From an uncultured delta proteobacterium (lineage in GTDB: Bacteria > Desulfobacterota > WTBG01 > CAIYCZ01 > CAIRTM01): a DNA stretch of 64,000 nt. Made by a program: the position numbers and the translations under genes. The DNA lies in assembly GCA_963804955.1 (NCBI GenBank), contig CAWDSQ010000014.1:192001-256000 (forward strand), read 5' to 3'. Below are positions 20,773 to 29,699 of the stretch, piece by piece (the stretch's first letter is position 1; every line of letters starts with the position of its first letter). Below the pieces are notes generated by a model that searched no databases, was not told the DNA's origin, and saw only the letters and a list, made by a program, of their open reading frames with translations.

Positions 20773-22386
20773 ATGAAAAAAAAAGTTTTTATTATGGGTG
20801 TCATCGCAGGGATGCTGGTAATCTTTTCTGTGCTGCCCCGGAGGTGCGCTGCTACTCTATTCTTTTTGAATGAGGACCTCAGGGTAAAGGGGAGCCTGTA
20901 TGAATTCATGATTTACCGAACAAAATTCAACCCGGATGAACACTACTACCGGGATACCAGATTTGGTCTTATGCGTACTAAAGGCACCCTTGAGCTGTTG
21001 TATAAAGCGGTTGAGAATGACAAGCTTCAAGTAAATCTATTCGGGTTTTTTCAGTACTGGCGGGAAGCAGTACCTGACTTTGATGATGAGTACCGTCACA
21101 GTATAGCATCGGATAGCAGAAAAGGATATCAGGGGCCTTTCTTTGATCAGGATGACTGGATCAATGAGGCTTATGCGGATATTTACTCTGGACCATGGAA
21201 CATTCGCCTCGGGAAACAGATCGTGTTCTGGAGCGAGGTAGAGATGGTGCGAACCATTGATCGTATCAATCCCCTTGATTTGCGCTATACCACCCCCGGA
21301 ATTGACCCGTGGGACGAAATGAAGCTTGGGCTGTGGATGATGCGTGGCTTCTATAATTCTACTCTGCCGGGTCAGCTTGTTTTCGAAGGGATATGGATTC
21401 CGGGTGATTTTGAGGCGGTCAGGACTCCCACCGACGGCACCAGCATGGCCGGTGGCGTTGTTAAACCTCAGGGGCCTAAGGGCAGCTGGCCCAGGCCATT
21501 CGGCCAGAAAGCATTATCCGACCTTTTGTTTGAGCGGTCAAAACCGGCTTGGACCCTCAGCAATTCATCCTGGGCTTTAAGAGTCAGGGGCAATTCACCG
21601 GTCAGCCTTTTCAGAGAGGATTATCTGCTTGACTGGACAGTGAGCTGGTTTCACGGTATGGACACCAGTCCCGTCGCCCGCACCAGCACCCTCGGTGAAC
21701 CCAGCGTAACCAATCTAAACCCTAAAACCCTGAATGGCCTTATGGGCAGGAATGCGGTGAGCCGTGTCTTCGGTCTGAAGCTCCCGCAGGCGCCGCATTA
21801 CAGGCTTTTCAACTACAAATTTTTTGATGCACTCGGGGCAAGCTGTCAAAGCTTCGTACCGGCATTAGATTCGGTTGTGCGCGGGGAGTTCTCTTATGAA
21901 ATCGGCGTTCCCATCAACACAACATTTCCAAAGAGCGTTGAACCATCGGGCGACTTCATAACCGGCAACTCCGAACGTAACCAGGTGAATGTCGGTATTA
22001 CTATTGATAAACCCGTTATCATCCCGTGGTTCCAGGAACGCGGGTGGGCCGCATTTGATTGTTCGTTCGGCTGGAGTGCGCAACGGCGGCTCGGCGATGT
22101 CAGTCGCAGATGGTCATCGTTTGGCTGGGGGGACCGGTCCCAGAACAATTTTTCGGTACTGATTAAAGGCAAATTTTATCATGAAGAGATGCGGCCGGTA
22201 ATGCGTTTTTTTTACAATACCCGCAACTGGGGCTACGGCGTTCTAGCCTGTCAGTATGCGCCTGGAGAACATATGCGCTATGAAGGAGGATATATGTGGC
22301 TTTTTGCCAAGGATCCGAGCGATTCAAGTGAAGCCTCAAGCGAAAACGGTGATTTGCTCTATTTACGTATCGGGTACGAGTTTTAA
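20773..22386 (+). CDS. DUF1302-like outer-membrane beta-barrel protein
   Basis: Signal peptide, INEAYAD..RLGKQIVFWSE..IDRINPLD motif, C-terminal LRIGYEF barrel signature. Confidence 0.75.
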   Translation: MKKKVFIMGVIAGMLVIFSVLPRRCAATLFFLNEDLRVKGSLYEFMIYRTKFNPDEHYYRDTRFGLMRTKGTLELLYKAVENDKLQVNLFGFFQYWREAVPDFDDEYRHSIASDSRKGYQGPFFDQDDWINEAYADIYSGPWNIRLGKQIVFWSEVEMVRTIDRINPLDLRYTTPGIDPWDEMKLGLWMMRGFYNSTLPGQLVFEGIWIPGDFEAVRTPTDGTSMAGGVVKPQGPKGSWPRPFGQKALSDLLFERSKPAWTLSNSSWALRVRGNSPVSLFREDYLLDWTVSWFHGMDTSPVARTSTLGEPSVTNLNPKTLNGLMGRNAVSRVFGLKLPQAPHYRLFNYKFFDALGASCQSFVPALDSVVRGEFSYEIGVPINTTFPKSVEPSGDFITGNSERNQVNVGITIDKPVIIPWFQERGWAAFDCSFGWSAQRRLGDVSRRWSSFGWGDRSQNNFSVLIKGKFYHEEMRPVMRFFYNTRNWGYGVLACQYAPGEHMRYEGGYMWLFAKDPSDSSEASSENGDLLYLRIGYEF

Positions 22387-22421
22387 CCGCACACAACATA
22401 TCCACAGCTAAGGAGGATAGT

Positions 22422-23687
22422 ATGAAAAAAGTTTTCACAGGAATGATTATTTTATTTCTATTCTGGTGTATCAGTCTTACACCGGGTTTTGCCGGGGAAG
22501 TAAATTTTCCAACCCGCAGCTATGAAGGTGAAGAGCTTGCAAAAGTGCGCGAGTGGGAAAAGACCTGGGCCGGCAAAAAAGTATCTACTGAAAATATTGA
22601 TCAGGTCAATGAATTTCTTCATGAAGCTGTAGTAAAAGTCCTCAAAAATCCTAAGGGGTTCGGTGCGGAGTCTTTGTGGTTCACTATTGCGCCGTATCGG
22701 CCATATGCAGTCTCCTCCGGCATGATTGCCGCCACAAAAAAATGTGCGCCTGCAAGCAAGCTTGATAACGAAGATATGCTGGCAGGGTATAGCGATGTTG
22801 CCGGAATCCCCTTTCCACAGCCAAAATCAGGCCTTGAGATGGCATGGAATTTTGCAGGCAATTCCAAAGGTGACAGTCACCGGGAAAAAAATATCGGAGA
22901 TGTTGTTAACTGCGGGCAAAAAACCGAGCGGCATGCAGAAATGACCCGCTCGGAGCTGTACTGGATCGGAAGAGTAGATTCCGATCCGCGCCCCCGCATC
23001 CCTGCACAAGAAAACCCGAGGGGCATAGCACGATCATGGTTTCAGCGCAATCAAGCCCCGGTTGATTTTATTGACATGTCAGTACTTGAACTTAAATATA
23101 TTGACCATAAAAAGCAGGAAGATCTATGGGTCTACACACCGATGTTCAGAAGGATCAGGCGTTATACGGCAAGCCAGCGTACTGACTCAATTGATGGCAC
23201 CGATATGATCTATGACGATCAGGACGGATGGTACACCCATCTTACCGGCAACACCTATGATTTTAAAGGCCGGGCGGATCTTCTTGTTGCACGGCATCAG
23301 GATGCCGGTCAACTCCAGAGGGTCAAAGGCCAGGCTTTCTGGAACGGTATACAGCGCGAACGGGTTAATCACTGGGTCGTTGAAGTTAAAAGCAAGGAGC
23401 CGGGATATGTGTACAGCAGACAAATATGGTATCTGGACCCGGAGAACTGGCAGATGAACTTCAAGGTAATGTACAATCGCAAGGGTGAACTCTGGAAACT
23501 GTATGAACTGTTTTATGATGAGCATGCTACCGCATGTGGTGAAAAAACCTCGATATTTACTGCCGAGCAGTCGCTTGATGTGATTCGCCAACACGGCAGC
23601 CCCAATATCCGTGAAGTGACGGACGTGGGAGCATATATACGGCCTGATTTTTTTCAGACACAGAGCCTTAACCAAAAATCGTATTAA
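22422..23687 (+). CDS. DUF1329 domain (LolA-like lipoprotein-sorting fold) periplasmic protein
   Basis: Signal peptide, GIPFPQPKSGLEMAWN, WVYTPMFRRIRR, YNRKGELWK. Confidence 0.85.
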   Translation: MKKVFTGMIILFLFWCISLTPGFAGEVNFPTRSYEGEELAKVREWEKTWAGKKVSTENIDQVNEFLHEAVVKVLKNPKGFGAESLWFTIAPYRPYAVSSGMIAATKKCAPASKLDNEDMLAGYSDVAGIPFPQPKSGLEMAWNFAGNSKGDSHREKNIGDVVNCGQKTERHAEMTRSELYWIGRVDSDPRPRIPAQENPRGIARSWFQRNQAPVDFIDMSVLELKYIDHKKQEDLWVYTPMFRRIRRYTASQRTDSIDGTDMIYDDQDGWYTHLTGNTYDFKGRADLLVARHQDAGQLQRVKGQAFWNGIQRERVNHWVVEVKSKEPGYVYSRQIWYLDPENWQMNFKVMYNRKGELWKLYELFYDEHATACGEKTSIFTAEQSLDVIRQHGSPNIREVTDVGAYIRPDFFQTQSLNQKSY

Positions 23688-23726
23688 ACAAACAATGAGC
23701 AGTCAAAGCTATTGTCGAAGGTTATC

Positions 23727-24785
23727 ATGGTGAGAAAAATACAAATAAAAATGTTTCTTATACCGACTGTGCTTGTCCTGGTTTTAGGCTGTGACAGGTT
23801 TGACCGTTCCAAGATACAAATGCCGGCCTTCAACTTTGTCACGAGGGAAAATCTGCACAGCATTGCCCGGGTTGATAAACAGCATATCTGGGTGAGCGGT
23901 AATTACGGGACTATACTGTACAGCGCCGATGGCGGAAAGACATGGGAAAAGCAGGTCAGCGGCATCGCCGAGGAGCTGCTGGGATGCATATCGTTTGTTA
24001 ACCCTCAAGAGGGCTGGGCTGCCGGCGTCAGGGGAACAATTGTTCATACGGCTGACGGAGGAAAAACCTGGGCAGTGCAGCCAAGCGGTATTGAACAGGA
24101 TATCCATGATATCTTTTTCCTGGACACGCACTATGGCTGGGCTGTTGGCGAGAGCGGAACAGTTTTGCATACGGACGACGGGGGCAGGCGCTGGAAACGA
24201 CAGAGAGAGCCTGAAGACAAATACTTTAATGATGTTTTTTTTGTTGATAGAAAAACGGGATGGATCGCCGGCGAATTCGGAACAATCCTGCATACTGCCG
24301 ACGGGGGGTTAACATGGCAGCCACAAGAGTGTTCTGACCTTGCTGCTGTTTTCAAAGATGCCGAATGGGATAGGCCGCTGCCGGCGTTGTACGGAATGTG
24401 TTTTATTGATGAAAACCGGGGATGGATCGTCGGGATGGATGGTGTCATCCTGAGGACGGAAAATGGCGGAAAGATATGGTCACTGGAAAAGCCTGTTTCC
24501 GACAAGCCCCTGTACTCTATTATAATGCGTGGCGCACAAGGATGGGCGGTTGGAAACGATGGTTTTTATTTGATGACCGAGAATGGCGGTGATACATGGT
24601 CGGTAAAAGACCAGGCTCTAAAAACCAGATTTTGGCTGCGGGCGGTGTCCTTTCAAGATGATAAGCGAGGGCTTATTGTGGGCGCCCAGGGAACCATTGC
24701 GCTTACTGATGATGGAGGCTTTTCCTGGAAGCTCATATCAGGCTACAGCTACGATATGAAAGAATTCGGGCTGGCCGATTTCTAA
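23727..24785 (+). CDS. YCF48-like/BNR-repeat beta-propeller lipoprotein
   Basis: Lipobox VLGC; repeated GW.VG..GTILHT.DGG.TW motifs. Confidence 0.9.
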   Translation: MVRKIQIKMFLIPTVLVLVLGCDRFDRSKIQMPAFNFVTRENLHSIARVDKQHIWVSGNYGTILYSADGGKTWEKQVSGIAEELLGCISFVNPQEGWAAGVRGTIVHTADGGKTWAVQPSGIEQDIHDIFFLDTHYGWAVGESGTVLHTDDGGRRWKRQREPEDKYFNDVFFVDRKTGWIAGEFGTILHTADGGLTWQPQECSDLAAVFKDAEWDRPLPALYGMCFIDENRGWIVGMDGVILRTENGGKIWSLEKPVSDKPLYSIIMRGAQGWAVGNDGFYLMTENGGDTWSVKDQALKTRFWLRAVSFQDDKRGLIVGAQGTIALTDDGGFSWKLISGYSYDMKEFGLADF

Positions 24786-24817
24786 AGTTAATGTCCGTTA
24801 TTTTGAAGGAGCATGTT

Positions 24818-26614
24818 ATGAACAGACTAAAGGTGAACAAGCTAATCTGTATTATTCCCTTGGCTGTTTTTCTTCTGCTGGGTTCATGGTCTTGCGGGTT
24901 TCGCAAGGAGAAAATCGGGGTACTGTATGTGCTCCACGGCGGCATGGAGACCAATAATTCTCAAGGCATGTGGGATGCCGTGGTGCAGCAGTTTTCCTAT
25001 GACCATAATCATGCCATTTATCAATTCGTTATCTGGGATCCTGCACAGTGGCCAGCTGTTTTGGATCGTACAGCAACCGATTTTGCAAGGCGGTTTCTGA
25101 TAATGTATGAGTTTGGATATGAGCGCATGGGGGGCACCGATCCTTATCCTGACATCAGTGATAAGCAGTTGGCGCAATTGAAGGCTGAACTGAAAAAAAA
25201 TACTTGCGGCCTGGACATAAAATTTGAAGTCGACTGGGTTGGTTATTTAAGCGCAGACGATGTTGCGCATTACCCGTATCCCCGTTATATTTATAATATC
25301 CCCGATAATACTACCGGGTATCCGCCCGTCTCCGGAGTGTCCAAATGCACCTACTGCGGGGAGGGAGATCCGGACGGCCCCTGGAAGAAATGTGATCCTG
25401 AGCGCTACAATACAGACGGGCCGGTAGAGAGGCTGCTTAAAAAGGGGGTCACAAGTATCATTATGGTTGATACGACTACCGGCGGGGTTCGCTTTTCAAA
25501 AACCTTTGATGTGGTCCAAATGACCAAGCGGGCTCTCAATAAATGGAACCTGGAACACGATACCTCTATTCCCCTGATGTGGGTCAATGACCCCAATAAT
25601 TTAATGGAGCGCTCATATCCAACAAAACCCGAAGGATGGACACGCAGCAAAAAAGCTCCTGAGGTAGACCCGAAGTTTTCTTTGGAGGGTAATCCCAATC
25701 CTGTTGTGGAAGATCCACTGCTGGCTCAATTGCACGTTGAAGGTATAGAAAAGGCCTTTTTCGATTCGGTTCCTGATAATGCTACCGGTGTCATTCTTTT
25801 TAACCATCCAATACACGATTATAATGAGTATTTTGACCCAAAAATTAATGATACCCTTATCGTAAATAAAAATATTAAGGCCTTGCTTATTGAGCGGAAT
25901 CCTGACCTTGAGCCCGCGCATATCATAGGAGCCTATGGAGGGATCCTGGAAATAAATCCGGTTACTGGCCGTGAGGAACGGACCCGGGAAATGCGCGGAG
26001 AAACCTATGGTGCTGCATGGCTTTACGAGAGCGGCAAGCAAATGCCTGGTGAAGAGTGGGGCTACCGGTACTGGGATGCTTTAGAATATTTAAAGAACCG
26101 TGGTGTTAAGCACATTGTTATTGGGTTTCCTCAGATGATTACCGACAACAATTTAAACCTTATTGAAGTGCCGAATCAGTTTGCCAAGGAGATCGGTGTA
26201 AAAACATGGGCGAAATATAAACTGGGGGATTATACTTTGTACCCGGAAGTCGGTCATCCATTTGCAGACTACTGGGGAGTCTGGGTTGATACACAGTGCG
26301 GGCAGGAGGAATGCTGCTTTGAAATGGGCGGCTGCAGCGATGGCCGGGCATACCCACCGCCACGACAGGCACCAATCGATGCATCCCGCGGAGACTTGGA
26401 CCCCTCCCTTGCCTTTGACGGGAGCGCCTACGGGCAGCTGGGGTTTGATGTAACCGGGGACAGCGGATTGCCGGATCCTGAAAAACCAGTACAAGATCAG
26501 TACACCGGCACCTGGGATTTATACAGAGCGGCAAATGCCGACCCCCGGCTGGCAAAGCTGCTGGCGCGCCATGTATTGGATGCAGCTCTTAAAACGCTCC
26601 CACAGGAGGAGTAG
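24818..26614 (+). CDS. Exported lipoprotein with ferrochelatase (class II chelatase)-like fold, function unknown
   Basis: Signal ending LGSWSC; KIGVLYVLHGG, YERMGGTDPY, LLKKGVTSII, ILFNHPIH, DALEYLKNRGVKHIVIGFP..TD occur in HemH order. Confidence 0.65.
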   Translation: MNRLKVNKLICIIPLAVFLLLGSWSCGFRKEKIGVLYVLHGGMETNNSQGMWDAVVQQFSYDHNHAIYQFVIWDPAQWPAVLDRTATDFARRFLIMYEFGYERMGGTDPYPDISDKQLAQLKAELKKNTCGLDIKFEVDWVGYLSADDVAHYPYPRYIYNIPDNTTGYPPVSGVSKCTYCGEGDPDGPWKKCDPERYNTDGPVERLLKKGVTSIIMVDTTTGGVRFSKTFDVVQMTKRALNKWNLEHDTSIPLMWVNDPNNLMERSYPTKPEGWTRSKKAPEVDPKFSLEGNPNPVVEDPLLAQLHVEGIEKAFFDSVPDNATGVILFNHPIHDYNEYFDPKINDTLIVNKNIKALLIERNPDLEPAHIIGAYGGILEINPVTGREERTREMRGETYGAAWLYESGKQMPGEEWGYRYWDALEYLKNRGVKHIVIGFPQMITDNNLNLIEVPNQFAKEIGVKTWAKYKLGDYTLYPEVGHPFADYWGVWVDTQCGQEECCFEMGGCSDGRAYPPPRQAPIDASRGDLDPSLAFDGSAYGQLGFDVTGDSGLPDPEKPVQDQYTGTWDLYRAANADPRLAKLLARHVLDAALKTLPQEE

Positions 26615-26656
26615 AAAATACTATACACTATATAAAAACAAACAAAGGAGAGTCCT

Positions 26657-27364
26657 ATGCAAGCAATTCCCTATTATGAACGCATGATGGAACATCTGGC
26701 AAATTTTAATCTGTCTCCCATGAAAGAATATAACGGAGATGATATCACACAGTTTGAATACATTAAGACGGACATGATGACGCAACATCTTCGGGCATAT
26801 AAGGCCGACAAGTTGGACAAAATTGTCACGCTTACCACCGATATCATGGATGGTAAAATATTTGTTTATGGAACCACAATTGTTCCAACAGATGAATATC
26901 CTCTGCCTATTTTTACCTCTGAAATAGTTCCAGCGGTAAACCATCTCAGCTTGCGGGTTGATTTTATTCCCCTTGCAGATTGTGCACGTGACCTTGATTA
27001 TATGGAAAAATACATGATGCCCATGGAAGACCTGTGGGAAAAACACAGACCGATAGAAGGCTCAGGCATTGAGCGCTATACCTGGCAGCGGGTTATGCTT
27101 TCGCCTTTTTATTCGTATGGAAAATATAAATATACTATTGAAAATATCGAGGAAACGGCAATGCAGATTACTATTGACTATTTGAAACTCTATATAAAAC
27201 TCTGGTCCGGAGTGCAAAAGGCGGATCCCGGCTATATGAAGTTGCTCAATGAAAGAAAGAGAGTAATGCTGAATACCATGATGGAGAATGACCCGGGTGA
27301 AGGACCTCTGACAAAAGGCTTTGGCAAAGAAACAGCTCACAAAATTCTTTCACTTCTTTTTTAA
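26657..27364 (+). CDS. Ferredoxin-dependent bilin reductase / RCC reductase-like protein
   Basis: PTDEYPLPIF.SEIV, RVDFIPL...DYMEKY, LSPF, DYLKLY..LW, NDPGEGPLTKGFGKE; ~235 aa as for FDBRs. Confidence 0.7.
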   Translation: MQAIPYYERMMEHLANFNLSPMKEYNGDDITQFEYIKTDMMTQHLRAYKADKLDKIVTLTTDIMDGKIFVYGTTIVPTDEYPLPIFTSEIVPAVNHLSLRVDFIPLADCARDLDYMEKYMMPMEDLWEKHRPIEGSGIERYTWQRVMLSPFYSYGKYKYTIENIEETAMQITIDYLKLYIKLWSGVQKADPGYMKLLNERKRVMLNTMMENDPGEGPLTKGFGKETAHKILSLLF

Positions 27365-27427
27365 ACAAACCATATTGTTAAGACCATGCCAGGTGGTGTA
27401 TAGGGCAAGGCCAGAAAGGGAAGTCAA

Positions 27428-27883
27428 ATGAAAAAAGTAATTTTGTTACTATCTTTCGTGCTCTTTCTTTATGCATACCCCGGTTTTGCCGGCGAACAAA
27501 CCCCAGCACGTGGGGTAGTTGAAGCAACCGGTGTTGACCTTAAACAACAGGTTGTCAGGATACGCGGATATGAAGGTGTTTCACCCCTTAACCTTTTTAT
27601 AGAACCGGGAACGGTGGTTATTTGGCTCAACCAGTATCAAGGGCCGATAAAAATAACCTTCCTTTCAAAAAAGGTAACACTTGCATGTAAGAGCCCGGTT
27701 AATTTCTTTATTAATGAGCAGGGAGTCTTTGAATCAAGCGTTGTCGGGTTTGGCGCGGTTGCCAGTCTTTGTATGGTTGAATGCGGATCATTTGACTATG
27801 TAATAGAGCGATCACCGGCTGATGCCTCTGCAAGATCAGAGGGTTTCAGGTTTGAAGGAAGGATTGTCGTTAAGAAAAAATAG
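27428..27883 (+). CDS. Secreted cupredoxin-like protein
   Basis: Signal peptide; P.NLFIEPGTVVIWLN and terminal FEGRIVVK strands; no His ligands. Confidence 0.55.
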   Translation: MKKVILLLSFVLFLYAYPGFAGEQTPARGVVEATGVDLKQQVVRIRGYEGVSPLNLFIEPGTVVIWLNQYQGPIKITFLSKKVTLACKSPVNFFINEQGVFESSVVGFGAVASLCMVECGSFDYVIERSPADASARSEGFRFEGRIVVKKK

Positions 27884-27897
27884 ATGGAGAATCCTGT

Positions 27898-28440
27898 ATG
27901 ACAACTCATGAAATAACACCGGAAGAAAGAAAAAAGATAGTGGATGAGGCGCTTATAAAGATGAAGATAAAAAGAAAAAACCTCTCCCGCGAAGAACTTG
28001 AAAAAGAAATCATTGATTATCTCAGTAAAAAACAGCCCTGCAGTTTGGCGACCTGCGGCAACGACTGCACCCCCCGCATATCGGTAGTAGACTACGTCAA
28101 TGAGGGTCTTACCATCTATATTCTCAGCGAAGGCGGGGATAAATTCAAAAATCTTGCAGAGAACAAAAAAGTTGCCATTGGAATCGGTACCGGTGCCAAG
28201 GCTTTGAAAACAAGAGGTGTCAATATCCGGGGTATTGCCGAAGTCATTAGCGATGATGCACCCGGGTTTGCCCATGGTATAAAAGTCATGCAGCCTGTAT
28301 TGGATGACATGGCAGAGGCATTGGGGTGCCCTTTTAAGTTACCCAAGGGAATACTCAGGCTGATCAAAGTCACTCCAACTAAAATAGTTTACCATCATAC
28401 AATGCGGGGGGTTAAGCATGCTGTTTGGGAAGCATACTAG
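27898..28440 (+). CDS. Pyridoxamine 5'-phosphate oxidase-like (split beta-barrel FMN/heme-binding) protein
   Basis: CSLATC...PRISVVDY, KFKNLAENKKVAI, GVNIRGIAE, LIKVTPTKI. Confidence 0.85.
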   Translation: MTTHEITPEERKKIVDEALIKMKIKRKNLSREELEKEIIDYLSKKQPCSLATCGNDCTPRISVVDYVNEGLTIYILSEGGDKFKNLAENKKVAIGIGTGAKALKTRGVNIRGIAEVISDDAPGFAHGIKVMQPVLDDMAEALGCPFKLPKGILRLIKVTPTKIVYHHTMRGVKHAVWEAY

Positions 28441-28598
28441 TAAAAAAAAATTGATTTAAAAAAATGAGGGCTTGCTTCCTTGAGAAGCTTTAGGTTGAAG
28501 CCTGCTTAAAGGAAAACCTGGAATGCGGATAATTCCTTTTTCAGAGCTATAACAATAAAAAAATAAGCCCCGGAAGTATTTACAGTGAAGGAGCATTC

Positions 28599-29459
28599 AT
28601 GGCAGATAAGTTCGCTGACGTGCGTATTGTCGATAACTTTTACCAGACATCCAGTTTTTTCCCTATGCCGGTTGTTCTTGTGAGCACTCTGGCTGAATCA
28701 GGGCAAACCAACCTGGGACCCTACTCACTGTGTTTTCCTCATTATGTCACCGGAGGAAAAGATCATGCCATGATGCTTATTGCCCGCGGCACAAGCAATA
28801 CGGCCATGAATATAATACGCACCAGGGTATGTGCCCTTAATTTTATTCCGCATACAAAGAAATTCATGAAAAACTGCGTTATGCTGGGTTATCCGGGCGA
28901 AACCACTGAGGAAAAGATGAAAAACAGTATTTTTACCCTGATGCCATCTCTCAGACAAGAACAACAAAAACCCGGGCACTGGCCTGATATTGTTAAGGAA
29001 GCTGTTCAAATCTTTGAATGCACCTGGGATGACAGCTATCCTTTAAAGCCGCGCGAGGATTTAGTAGAATCCCATTTCCTGCTTCGTATTGATAAAATTG
29101 TCATGAAGGAGAAATGGAAAGATTGCCTGCTTAAAGGTAAAGGTTTCCCCCGTTTGCCGATTGATTATGGATACCGGGATAATGTTCGATTTTGGTTTGC
29201 TCGACAATCGAGGCCGTATGCGGTTCCCATTCCAAAAGAAAAAGGCAACAAAATTGAAACGGTGAAGTATGCCTGTGTCCGGTTTGACCCGAATATCGCC
29301 TGGCAGGATGAAGCCTGCGCAAAAATAGTGAAAGTGCCGAGCATATTTTTAAATAAAGTTATCAGTGGTGTTGTGAAAGCAGCAAAAGAGCAAGGGGTTA
29401 CGGTTATTACCCCCGAGTTTATGGACAAAATTCGAGATAAGCGCTCAAATCAAAAATAG
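28599..29459 (+). CDS. Flavin reductase-like protein with C-terminal PCP_red (BchB/ChlB C-terminal) domain
   Basis: FPMPVVLVST...NLGPYSL, TAMNI...LNF, FECT; C-terminal WQDEACAKIVKVPSIFLNKVISGVVKAAKEQGVTVITPEFM. Confidence 0.75.
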   Translation: MADKFADVRIVDNFYQTSSFFPMPVVLVSTLAESGQTNLGPYSLCFPHYVTGGKDHAMMLIARGTSNTAMNIIRTRVCALNFIPHTKKFMKNCVMLGYPGETTEEKMKNSIFTLMPSLRQEQQKPGHWPDIVKEAVQIFECTWDDSYPLKPREDLVESHFLLRIDKIVMKEKWKDCLLKGKGFPRLPIDYGYRDNVRFWFARQSRPYAVPIPKEKGNKIETVKYACVRFDPNIAWQDEACAKIVKVPSIFLNKVISGVVKAAKEQGVTVITPEFMDKIRDKRSNQK

Positions 29460-29699
29460 TGCAGTCCGCTCACCTGCAGGAGACAGTAATAAAGATTTTT
29501 TGAAAAAATTCAGCAAACAAACGGGTGTGGAGTCGACAGGTTGTCTTAAATGCCGTAATTAAAAACTAGACCTTTTAATTTGTTCCAGATGAGGATTTCC
29601 CCTTCGATAAGTGATATGTGTTGGCAGATAGAAAGTTTTGACTAATGTAATCTATTTAGCAGCGATTCCATGACATGAATTTCAACATGAAGGAGTTTT

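Noticed and set aside
23727..29459. Photosynthesis genes (YCF48, PCP_red, bilin reductase)
   Set aside because: No reaction-centre, bch/chl or phycobiliprotein genes; the YCF48-like propeller belongs to the DUF1302/DUF1329 module and PCP_red is only a small fused domain
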